Program-made: the position numbers and the translations under genes
Assembly: GCF_009914755.1 (NCBI RefSeq)
Contig: NC_060937.1
DNA from: the human T2T-CHM13v2.0 reference genome, Homo sapiens
Direction: 5' to 3' (one strand)
Length of the DNA stretch: 64,000 nucleotides
Shown here: positions 44,321 through 59,130 of the stretch, piece after piece
How the letters are laid out: every line of letters begins with the position of its first letter
How positions within the stretch are numbered: position 1 is the first letter of the stretch
Notes under the pieces: generated by a model
Told to the model about the DNA's origin: nothing
The model's input: only the letters and a program-made list of their open reading frames with translations
Database searches by the model: none

Positions 44321-47300
44321 GAAATTACATCAAATAGATATTAGGTACATAAAATATGAAAGTACATCAAATATAGATTATATACTGTACATAAAATATC
44401 AAAGTACCCCAAATATATATTATATACTCTACATGAAATATCAAAGTTCACAAACTATATATTATATACTGTACATAAAATATGAAATTACATCAAATAT
44501 ATTTTATATTAGGTACATAAAATATGAAATTACATCAAATATAGATTATATACTTTACATTAAATACCAAAGTACCCCAAATATATATTTTACACTGTAC
44601 ATGAAATATCAAAGTTCACAAACTATATATTATATACTGTACATATAATATCAAAATACCCAAGGTATATATTCTATACTGTACAAAAAATAACAAAGTA
44701 CCAAAAGCATGTATTATATAGTGTACCTAAAATATGAAAGTACATCAAATATATATTTTATTCTGTACATAAAATATCAAAGTACACCAGATATATATTC
44801 TATAGTGTACATAAAATATCAAAGTACAGAAACTATATATTATATACTGTACATAAAATATGAAATTACATCAAATATATATTAGGTACATAAAATATGA
44901 AATTACATCAAATATAGATTATATACTGTACATAAAATATCAAAGTACCCCAAATATATATTATATACTATACATGAAATATCAAAGTTCACAAACTATA
45001 TATTATATACTGTATATAAAATATCAAAGTACCCAAGGTATATATTCTATACTGTACAAAAAATATCAAAGTACCCAAAGCATGTATTATATACTGTATA
45101 TAAAATATGAAAGTACATCAAATATATATTTTATTCTGTACATAAAATATCAAAGTACACCAGATATATATTCTATAGTGTACATAAAATAACAAAGTAC
45201 ACAAACTATAAATTATATACTGTACATAAAATATGAAATTACATCAAATACATATTAGTTACATAAAATATGAAAGTACATCAAATATAGATTATATACT
45301 GTACATAAAATATCAATGTACCCCAAATATATATTTTATACTCTACGTGAAATATCAAAGTTCACAAACCATATATTATATACTGTACATAAAATATCAA
45401 AGTACTCAAGGTATATATTCTATACTGTACAAAAAATATCAAAGTACCCAAAGCATGTATTATATACTGTACATAAAATATGAAAGTACATCAAATATAG
45501 ATTTTATTCTGTACATAAAATATCAAAGTACACCAGATATATATTCTATAGTGTACATAAAATATCAAAGTATCCAAACTATACATTATATACTGTACAT
45601 AAAATATGAAATTACATTAAATATATATTATATTAGGTACATAAAATATGAAAGTACATCAAATATAGATTATATACTGTGCATAAAATATCAAAGTACC
45701 CCAAATATATATTATATACTCTACATGAAATATCAAAGTTCACAAGCTATATATTATATACTGTACATAAAATATCAAAGTACCCAAGGTATATATTCTA
45801 TACTGCACAAAAAATATCAAAGTACCCAAAGCATGTATTATATACTGTACATAAAATATGAAAGTACATCGAATATATATTTTATTCTGTACATAAAATA
45901 TCAAAGTACACAAGATATATATTCTATAGTGTACATAAAATATCAACGTACCCAAACTATACATTATATTCTGTACATAAAATATGAAATTATATCAAAT
46001 ATATATTAGGTACATAAAATATGAAAGTACATCAAATATAGATTATATACTGTACATAAAATATCAAAGTACCCCAAATATATATTATATACTCTACATG
46101 AAATATCAAAGTTCACAAACTATATATTATATACTGTACATAAAATATGAAATTACATCAAATATATTTTATATTAGGTACATAAAATATGAAAGTACAT
46201 CAAATATAGATTATATACTTTACATTAAATACCAAAGTACCCCAAATATATATTTTATACTGTACATGAAATATCAAAGTTCACAAACTATATATTATAT
46301 ACTGTACATATAATATCAAAGTACCCAAGGTATATATTCTATACTGTACAAAAAATAACAAAGTACCAAAAGCATGTATTATATAGTGTACCTAAAATAT
46401 GAAAGTACATCAAATATATATTTTATTCTGTACATAAAATATCAAAGTACACCAGATATATATTCTATAGTGTACATAAAATATCAAAGTACCCAAACTA
46501 TACATTATATACTGTACATAAAATATAAAATTACATCAAATATATATTATATTAGGTACATAAAATATGAAAGTACATCAAATATAGATTATATACTGTA
46601 CATTAAATGACAAAGTTCCCCAAATATATATTTTATACTGTACATGAAATATCAAAGTTCACAAACTATATATTATATACTGTACATATAATATCAAAGT
46701 ACCCAAGGTATATATTCTATACTGTACAAAAAATATCAAAGTACCAAAAGCATGTAGTATATACTGTACATAAAATAAGAAAGTACATCAAATATATATT
46801 TTATTCTGTACATAAAATATCAAAGTTCACAAGATATATATTCTATAGTGTACATAAAATATCAAAGTACCCAAACTATACATTATATACTGTAAATAAA
46901 ATATGAAATTACATCAAATGTATTTTATATTAGGTACATAAAATATGAAAGTACATCAAATATAGATTATATACTCTACATTAAATACCAAAGTACCCCA
47001 AATATATATTTTATACTGTACATGAAATATCAAAGTTCACAAACTATATATTATATACTGTACATAAATTATCAAAGTACCCAAGGAATATATTCTATAC
47101 TGTACAAAAAATATCAAAGTACCCAAAGCATGTATTATATACTGTACATAAAATATGAAAGTACATCAAATATATATTTTATTCTGTACATAATATATCA
47201 AAGTACATCAGATATATATTCTATAGTGTACATAAAATAACAAAGTACACAAACTATACATTATATACTGTACATAAAATATGAAATTACATCAAATATA

Positions 47301-50300
47301 TATTAGGTACATAAAATATGAAAGTACATCAAATATACATTATATACTGTACATAAAATATCAAAGTACACCAGATATATATTCTATAGTGTACATAAAA
47401 TAACAAAGTACACAAACTATACGTTATATACTGTACATAAAATATGAAATTACATCAAATATATATTAGGTACATAAAATATGAAAGTACATCAAATATA
47501 GATTATATACTGTACATAAAATATGAAATTACATCAAATATATTTTATAATAGGTACATCAAATATGAAAGTACATCAAATATAGATTATATACTGTACA
47601 TTAAATACCAAAGTACCCCAAATATATATTTTATACTGTACATGAAATATCAAAGTTCACAAACTATATATTATATACTGTACATATAATATCAAAGTAC
47701 CCAAGGTATATATTCTATACTGTACAAAAAATAACAAAGTAGCAAGAGCATGCATTATATACTGTACCTAAAATATGAAAGTACATCAAATATATATTTT
47801 ATTCTGTACATAAAATATCAAAGTACACCAGATATATATTCTATAGTGTACATAAAATATCAAAGTACCCAAACTATACATTATATACTGTACATAAAAT
47901 ATGAAATTACATCAAATATATATTATATTAGGTACATAAAATATGAAAGTACATCAAATATAGATTATATACTGTACATAAAATATCAAAGTACCCCAAA
48001 TATATATTATAAACTCTACATGAAATACCAAAGTTCACAAACTGTATATTATATACTGTACATAAAATATCAAAGTACCCAAGGTATATATTCTATACTG
48101 CACAAAAAAATCAAAGTACCCAAAGCATGTATTATATACTGTATATAAAATATGAAAGTACATCAAATATATATTTTATTCTCTACGTAATATATCAAAG
48201 TACACCAGATATATATTCTATAGTGTACATAAAATAACAAAGTACACAAACTATACATTATATCCTGTACATAAAATATGAAATTACATCAAATATATAT
48301 TAGGTACATAAAATATGAAAGTACATCAAATATAGATTATATACTGTACATAAAATATCAATGTACCCCAAATATATATTTTATACTCTACATGAAATAT
48401 CAAAGTTCACAAACCATATATTGTATACTGTACATAAAATATCAAAGTACCCAAGGTATGTATTCTATACTGTACAAAAAATATCAAAGTACCCAAAGCA
48501 TGTATTATATACTGTACATAAAATATGAAAGTACATCAAATATATATTTTTTTCTGTACATAAAATATCAAAGAACACCAGATATATATTCTATAGTGTA
48601 CATAAAATATCAAAGTACCCAAACTATACATTATATACTGTACATAAAATATGAAATTACATCAAATATATATTATATTAGGTACATAAAATATGAAAGT
48701 ACATCAAATATAGATTATATACTGTACATTAAGTACCAAAGTACCCAAAATATATATTTTATACTGTACATGAAATATCAAAGTTCACAAACTATATATT
48801 ATATACTGTATATAAAATATCAAAGTACCCAAGGTATATATTCTATTCTACACAAAAAATCTCAAAGTACCCAAAGCATGTATTATATACTGTATATAAA
48901 ATATGAAAGTACATCAAATATATATTTTATTCTGTACATAAAATATCAAAGTACACCAGATATATATTCTATAGTGTACATAAAATAACAAAGTACAAAA
49001 ACTATAAATTATATACTGTACATAAAATATGAAATTACATCAAATACATATTAGGTACATAAAATATGAAAGTACATCAAATATAGATTATATACTGTAC
49101 AAAAAATATCAATGTACCCCAAATATATATTTTATACTCTACATGAAATATCAAAGTTCACAAACCATATATTATATACTGTACATAAAATATCAAAGTA
49201 CCCAAGGTATATATTCTATACTGTACAAAAAATATCAAAGTACCCAAAGCATGTGTTATATACTGTACATAAAATATGAAAGTATATCAAATATATATTT
49301 TATTCTGTACATAAAATATCAAAGTACACCAGATATATATTCTATAGTGTACATAAAATATCAAAGTACCAAAACTATACATTATATACTGTACATAAAA
49401 TATGAAATTACATCAAATATATTTTATATTAGGTACATAAAATATGAAAGTACATCAAATATAGATTATATACTGTACATTAAATACCAAAGTACCCCAA
49501 ATATATATTTTATACTGTACATGAAATATCAAAGTTCACAAACTATATATTATATACTGTACATATAATATCAAAGTACCCGAGGTATATATTCTATACT
49601 GTGCAAAAAATAACAAAGTACCAAAAGCATGTATTATATACTGTACGTAAAATATGAAAGTATATCAAATATATATTTTATTCTGTACATAAAATATCAA
49701 AGTACACCAGATATATATTCTATAGTGTACATAAAATATCAAAGTACCCAAACTATACATTATATACTGTACATAAAATATGAAATTACATCAAATATAT
49801 ATTATATTAGGTACATAAAATATGTAAGTACATCAAATATAGATTATATACTGTACATTAAATACCAAAGTACCCCAAATATATATTTTATACTGTACAT
49901 GAAATTTCAAAGTTCACAAACTATATATTATATACTGTACATAAAATATCAAAGTACCCAAGGTATATATTCTATATTGTACAAAAAATATCAAAGTACC
50001 CAGAGCATGTATTATATACTGTACATAAAATATGAAAGTACATCAAATATATATTTTATTCTGTACATAAAATATCAAAGTACACCAGATATATATTCTA
50101 TAGTGTACATAAAATAACAAAGTACAAAAACTATACATTATATACTGTACATAAAATATGAAATTACATCAAATATATATTAGGTACATAAAATATGAAA
50201 GTACATCAAATATAGATTATATACTGGACATAAAATATCAAAGTACCCCAAATATATATTATATACTCTACATGAAATATCAAAGTTTACAAACTATATA

Positions 50301-53300
50301 TTATATACTGTACATAAAATATCAAATACCCAAGGTATATATTCTATACCGTACAAAAAATATCAAAGTACCAAAAGCATGTATTATATACTGTATATAA
50401 AATAAGAAAGTACATTAAATATATATTTTATTCTTTACATAAAATATCAAAGTATAACAGATATATATTCTATAGTGTACATAAAATAACAAAGTACACA
50501 AACTATAAATTATATACTGTACATAAAATATGAATTTACATCAAATATATATTAGGTACATAAAATATGAAAGTACATCAAATATAGATTATATACTGAA
50601 CACATAATATCAATGTACCCCAAATATATATTTTATACTCTACATGAAATATCAAAGTTCAGAAACCATACATTATATACTGTACATAAAATATCAAAGT
50701 ACCCAAGGTATATATTCTATACTGTACAAAAAATATCAAAGTACCAAAAGCATGTATTATATACTGTACCTAAAATATGAAAGTACATCAAATATATATT
50801 TTATTCTGTACATAAAATATCAAAGTACACCAGATATATATTCTATAGTGTACATAAAATATCAAAGTACCCAAACTATACATTATATACTGTACATAAA
50901 ATATGAAATTACATCAAATATATATTAGGTACATAAAATATGAAAGTACATCAAATATAGATTATATACTGTACATAAAATATCAAAGTACCCCAAATAT
51001 ATATTATATACTCTACATGAAATATGAAAGTTCACAAACTATATGTTATATACTGTACATAAAATATCAAAGTACCCAAGGTATATATTCTATACTGTGC
51101 AAAAAATATCAAAGTACCCAAAGCATGTATTCTATACTGTATATAAAATATGAAAATACATCAAATATATATTTTATTCTGTACATAAAATATCAAAGTA
51201 CACCAGATATATATTCTATAGTGTACATAAAATAACAAAGTACACAAACTATCAATCATATACTGTACATAAAATATGAAATTACATCAAATATATATTA
51301 GGTACATAAAATATGAAAGTACATCAAATATAGATTATATACTGTACATATAATATCAATGTACCCCAAAAATATATTTTATACTACACATGAAATATCA
51401 AAGTTCACAAACCATACATTATATACTGTACATAAAATATCAAAGTACCCAAGGTATATATTCTATACTGTACAAAAAATATCAAAGTACCCAAAGCACG
51501 TATTATATACTGTACATAAAATATGAAATTACATCAAATATATATTTTATTCTGTACATAAAATAACAAAGTACACCAGATATATATTCTATAGTGTACA
51601 TAAACTATCAAAGTACCCAAACTATACATTATATACTGTACATAAAATATGAAATTACATCAAATCTACATTAGGTACATAAAATATGAAAGTACATCAA
51701 ATATAGATTATATACTGTACATAAAATATCAAAGTACCCCAAATATATATTATATACTCTACATGAGGTATCAAAGTTCACAAACTATATATTATATACT
51801 GTACATAAAATATCAAAGTACCCAAGGTATATATTCTATACTGTACAAAAAATATCAAAGTACCCAAAGCATGTATTATATACTGTATATAAAGTAAGAA
51901 AGTACATTAAATATATATTTTATTCTGTACATAAAATATCAAAGTACACCAGATATATATTCTATAGTGTACATAAAATAACAAAGTACACAAACTATAC
52001 ATTATATACTGTACATAAAATATGAAATTACATCAAATATATATTAGGTACATAAAATATGAAAGTACATCAAATATAGATTATATACTGTACATATAAT
52101 ATCAATGTACCCCAAATATATATTTTATACTCTACATGAAATATCAAAGTTCAGAAACCATACATTATATACTGTACATAAAATATCAAAGTACCCAAGG
52201 TATATATTCTATACTGTACAAAAAATATCAAAGTACCCAAAGCATGTATTATATACTGTACATAAAATATGAAAGTACATCAAATATATATTTTATTCTG
52301 TACATAAAATATCAAAGTACACCAGATATATATTCTATAGTGTACATAAAATATCAAAGTACCCAAACTATACATTATATACTGTACATAAAATATGAAA
52401 TTACATCAAATATATATTAGGTACATAAAATATGAAAGTACATCAAATATAGATTATATACTGTACATAAAATATCAAAGTACCCCAAATATATATTATA
52501 TACTCTACATGAAATATCAAAGTTCACAAACTATATATTATATACGGTACATAAAATATCAAAGTACCCAAGGTATATATTCCATACTGTACAAAAAATA
52601 TCAAAGTACCCAAAGGATGTATTATATACTGTACATAAAATATGAAAGTACATCAAATATATATTTTATTCTGTACATAAAATATCAAAGTACACCAGAT
52701 ATATATTCTATAGTGTACATAAAATAACAAAGTACCCAAACTATACATTATATACTGTACATAAAATATGAAATTACATCGAATATATATTAGGTACATA
52801 AAATATGAAAGTACATCAAATATAGATTATATACTGTACATAAAATATCAAAGTACCCAAGGTATATATTCTATACTGTACAAAAAATATCACGGTACCC
52901 AAAGCATGTATTATATACTGTACATAAAATATGAAAGTACATCAAATATATATTTTATTCTGTACATAAAATATCAAAGTACACCAGATATATATTCTAT
53001 AGTGTACATAAAATAACAAAGTACACAAACTATAAATTATATACTGTACATAAAATATGAAATTACATCAAATACATATTAGTTACATAAAATATGAAAG
53101 TACATCAAATATAGATTATATACTGTACATAAAATATCAATGTACCCCAAATATGTATTTTATACTCTACATGAAATATCAAAGTTCACAAACCATATAT
53201 TATATACTGTACATAAAATATCAAAGTACTCAAGGTATATATTCTTTACTGTACAAAAAACATCAAAGTACCCAAAGCATGTATTCTATACTGTACATAA

Positions 53301-56300
53301 AATATGAAAGTACATCAAATATAGATTTTATTCTGTACATAAAATATCAAAGTACACCAGATATATATTCTATAGTGTACATAAAATATCAAAGTACCCA
53401 AACTATACATTATATACTGTACATAAAATATGAAATTACATCAAATATATATTATATTAGGTACATAAAATATGAAAGTACATCAAATATAGATTATATA
53501 CTGTACATTAAATACCAAAGTACCCCAAATATATATTTTGTACTGTACATGAAATATCAAAGTTCACAAACTATATATTATACACTGTACATGTAATATC
53601 AAAGTACACGAGGTATATATTCTATACTGTACAAAAAATAACAAAGTACCAAAAGCATGTATTATATACTGTACCTAAAATATGAAAGTACATCAAATAT
53701 ATATTTTATTCTGTACATAAAATATCAAAGTACACCAGATATATATTCTATAGTGTACATAAAATACCAAAATACCCAAACTATACATTATATACTGTAC
53801 AGAAAATATGAGATTACATCAAATATATATTATATTAGGTACATAAAGTATGAAAGTACATCAAATATAGATTATATACTGTACATAAAATATCAAAGTA
53901 CCCCGAATATATATTATACACTGTACATGAAATATCAAAGTTCACAAACTATATATTATATATTGTACATAAAATATCAAAGTACCCAAGGTATATATTC
54001 TATACTGTACAAAAAATATCAAAGTACCCAAAGCATGTATTATATACTGTATATAAAATATGAAAGTACATCAAATATATATTTTATTCTGTACATAAAA
54101 TATCAAAGTACACCAGATATATATTCTATAGTGTACATAAAATAACAAAGTACAAAAACTATAAATTATATACTGTACATAAAATATGAAATTACATCAA
54201 ATACATATTAGGTACATAAAATATGAAAGTACATCAAATATAGATTATATACTGTACATAAAATATCAATGTACCCCAAATATATATTTTATACTCTACA
54301 TGAAATATCAAAGTTCACAAAGCATATCTTATATACTGTACATAAAATATCAAAGTACCCAAGGAATATATTCTATACTGTACAAAAAATATCAAAGCAC
54401 CCAAAGCATGTATTATATACTGTACATAAAATATGAAAGTATATCAAATATATATTTTATTCTGTACATAAAATATCAAAGTACACCAGATATATATTCT
54501 ATAGTTTACATAAAATATCAAAATACCCAAACTATACATTATATACTGTACATAAAATATGAAATTACATCAAATATATTTTATATTAGGTACATAAAAT
54601 ATGAAAGTACATCAAATATAGATTATATACTGTACATTAAATACCAAAGTACCCCAAATATATATTTTATACTGTACATGAAATATCAAAGTTCACAAAC
54701 TATATATTATATACTGTACTTAAAATAACAAAGTACCCAAGGTATATATTCTATACTGTACAAAAGATATCAATGTACCCAAAGCATGTATTATATACTG
54801 TACATAAAATATGAAAGTACATCAAATATATATTTTATTCTGTACATAAAATATCAAAGTACACCAGATATATATTCTATAGTGTACATAAAATATCAAA
54901 GTACCCAAACTATACATTATATACTGTACATAAAATATGAAATTACATCAAATATATCTTATATTAGGTACATAAAATATGAAAGTACATCAAATATAGA
55001 TTATATACTGTAGATTAAATACCAAAGTACCCCAAATATATATTTTATACTGTACATGAAATATCAAAGTTCACAAACTATATATTATATACTGTACATA
55101 TAATATCAAAGTACCCAAGGTATATATTCTATACTGTACAAAAAATAACAAAGTACCAAAAGCATGTATAATATACTGTACATAAAATATGAAAGTACAT
55201 CAAATATATATTTTATTCTGTACATAAAATATCAAAGTACACCAGATATATATTCTATAGTGCACATAAAATATCAAAGTACCCAAACTATACATTATAT
55301 ACTCTAAATAAAATATGAAATTACATCAAATATATTTTATATTAGGTACATAAAATATGAAAGTACATCAAATATAGATTATATACTGCACATTAAATAC
55401 CAAAGTACCCCAAATATATATTTTATACTGTACATGAAATATCAAAGTTCACAAACTATATATTATATACTGTACATAAAATATTAAAGTACCCAAGTTA
55501 TATATTCTATACTGTACAAAAAATATAAAAGTACCCAAAGCATGTATTATATACTGTACATTAAATATGAAAGAACATCAAATATATATTTTATTCTGTA
55601 CATAATATAAAAAAGTACACCAGATATATATTCTAAAGTGTACATAAAATAACAAAGTACACGAACTATAAATTATATACTGTACATAAAATATGAAATT
55701 ACATCAAATATATATTAGGTACATAAAATATGAAAGTACATCAAATATAGATTATATACTGTACATAAAATATCAATGTACCCCAAATATATATTTTATA
55801 CTATACATGAAATATCAAAGTTCACAAAACATATATTGTATACTGTACATAAAATATCAAAGTACCCAAGGTATATATTCTATACTGTACAAAAAATATC
55901 AAAGTACCCAAAGCATGTATTATATACTGTACCTAAAATATGAAAGTACATCAAATATATATTTTATTCTGTACATAAAATATCAAAGTACACCAGATAT
56001 ATATTCTATAGTGTACATAAAATATCAAAGTACCCAAACTATACATTATATGCTGTACATAAAATATGAAATTACATCAAATATATATTAGGTACATAAA
56101 ATATGAAAGTACATCAAATATAGATTATACACTGTACATAAAATATCAAAGTACTCCAAATGTATATTATATACTCTACATGAAATATCAAATTTCACAA
56201 ACTATATATTATATACTTTACATAAAATATCAAAGTACCCTAGGTATATATTCTATACTGTACAAAAAATATGAAAGTACCCAAAGCATGTATTATATAC

Positions 56301-57379
56301 TGTATATAAAATATGAAAGTACATTAAAGATATATTTTATTCTGTACATAAAATATCAAAGTACACCAGATATATATTCTATAGTGTACATAAAATAACA
56401 AAGTACACAAACTATAAATTATATACTGTACATAAAATATGAAATTACATCAAATATATATTAGGTACATAAAATATGAAAGTACATCAAATATAGATTA
56501 TATACTGTACATATGATATCAATGTACCGCAAATATATATTTTATACTCTACATGAAATATCAAAGATCACAAACCATATATTATATACTGTACATAAAA
56601 TATCAAAGTACCCAAGGTATATATTGTATACTGTACAAAAAATATCAAAGTACCCAAAGCATGTATTATATACTGTACATAAAATATGAAAGTACATCAA
56701 ATATATATTTTATTCTGTACATAAAATATCAAGGTACACCAGATATATATTCTATAGTGTACATAAAATATCAAAGTACCCAAACTATAAATGATATACT
56801 GTACATAAAATATGAAATTACATCAAATATATATTATATTAGGTACATAAAATATGAAAGTACATCAAATATAGATTATATACTGTACATTAAATACCAA
56901 AGTACCCCAAATATATATTTTATACTGTACATGAAATATCAAAGTTCACAAACTATATATTATATACTGTACATAAAATATCAAAGTACCCAAGGTATAT
57001 ATTCTATACTGTACAAAAGATATCAAAGTACCCAAAGCATGTATTATATACTGTACATAAAATATGAAAGTACATCAAATATATATTTTATTCTGTACAT
57101 AAAATATCAAAGTACACCAGATACATATTCTATAGTGTACTTAAAATATCAAAGTAACCAAACTATACATTATATACTGTACATAAAATATGAAATTACA
57201 TCAAATCTATATTAGGTATATAAAATACGAAAGTACATCAAATATAGGTTATATACTGTACATAAAATATCAAAGTACCCCAAATATATATTATATACTC
57301 TACATGAAATACCAAAGTTCACAAACAATATATTATATACTGTACATAAAATATCAAAGTACCCAAGGTATATATTCTA

Positions 57380-59130
57380 TACTGTGCAAAAAATATCAAA
57401 GTACCCAAAGCATGTATTATATACTGTATACAAAATATGAAAATACATCAAATATATATTTTATTCTGTACATAAAATATCAAAGTACACTAGATATATA
57501 TTCTATAGTGTACATAAAATAACAAAGTACACAAACTATCAATCATATACTGTACATAAAATATGAAATTACATCAAATATATATTAGGTACATAAAATA
57601 TGAAAGTACATCAAATATAGATTATATACTGTACATATAATATCAATGTACCCCAAATATATATTTTATACTACACATGAAATATCAAAGTTCACAAACC
57701 ATACATTATATACTGTACATAAAATATCAAAGTACCCAAGGTATATATTCTATACTGTACAAAAAATATCAAAGTACCCAAAGCACGTATTATATACTGT
57801 ACATAAAATATGAAATTACATCAAATATATATTTTATTCTGTACATAAAATAACAAAGTACACCAGATATATATTCTATAGTGTACATAAACTATCAAAG
57901 TACCCAAACTATTCATTATATACTGTACATAAAATATGAAATTACATCAAATCTACATTAGGTACATAAAATATGAAAGTACATCAAATATAGATTATAT
58001 ACTGTACATAAAATATCAAAGTACCCCAAATATATATTATATACTCTACATGAGGTATCAAAGTTCACAAACTATATATTATATACTGTACATAAAATAT
58101 CAAAGTACCCAAGGTATATATTCTATACTGTACAAAAAATATCAAAGTACCCAAAGCATGTATTATATACTGTATATAAAGTAAGAAAGTACATTAAATA
58201 TATATTTTATTCTGTACATAAAATATCAAAGTACACCAGATATATATTCTATAGTGTACATAAAATAACAAAGTACACAAACTATACATTATATACTGTA
58301 CATAAAATATGAAATTACATCAAATATATATTAGGTACATAAAATATGAAAGTACATCAAATATAGATTATATACTGTACATATAATATCAATGTACCCC
58401 AAATATATATTTTATACTCTACATGAAATATCAAAGTTCAGAAACCATACATTATATACTGTACATAAAATATCAAAGTACCCAAGGTATATATTCTATA
58501 CTGTACAAAAAATATCAAAGTACCCAAAGCATGTATTATATACTGTACATAAAATATGAAAGTACATCAAATATATATTTTATTCTGTACATAAAATATC
58601 AAAGTACACCAGATATATATTCTATAGTGTACATAAAATATCAAAGTACCCAAACTATACATTATATACTGTACATAAAATATGAAATTACATCAAATAT
58701 ATATTAGGTACATAAAATATGAAAGTACATCAAATATAGATTATATACTGTACATAAAATATCAAAGTACCCCAAATATATATTTTATACTCTACATGAA
58801 ATATCAAAGTTCACAAACTATATATTATATACGGTACATAAAATATCAAAGTACCCAAGGTATATATTCCATACTGTACAAAAAATATCAAAGTACCCAA
58901 AGGATGTATTATATACTGTACATAAAATATGAAAGTACATCAAATATATATTTTATTCTGTACATAAAATATCAAAGTACACCAGATATATATTCTATAG
59001 TGTACATAAAATAACAAAGTACCCAAACTATACATTATATACTGTACATAAAATATGAAATTACATCAAATATATATTAGGTACATAAAATATGAAAGTA
59101 CATCAAATATAGATTATATACTGTACATAA
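57380..59130 (+). repeat. Dispersed near-identical copy of ~51.1-52.85 kb (offset 6287 bp)
   Basis: Shared rare markers: ATCAATCATA (51251/57538), CAAATCTACATTAGG, CATGAGGTATC, AAGTAAGAAAG, TACGGTAC and CAAAGGATG. ORF starts pair as 51649/57936, 52136/58423 and 52395/58682. Confidence 0.9.

Noticed and set aside
40026-45964. Three short minus-strand ORFs (40026..40223, 40370..40558, 45740..45964)
   Set aside because: They are chance loss of TGA stops in the reverse complement of the satellite. They are not inversions, since the + strand pattern continues unchanged.
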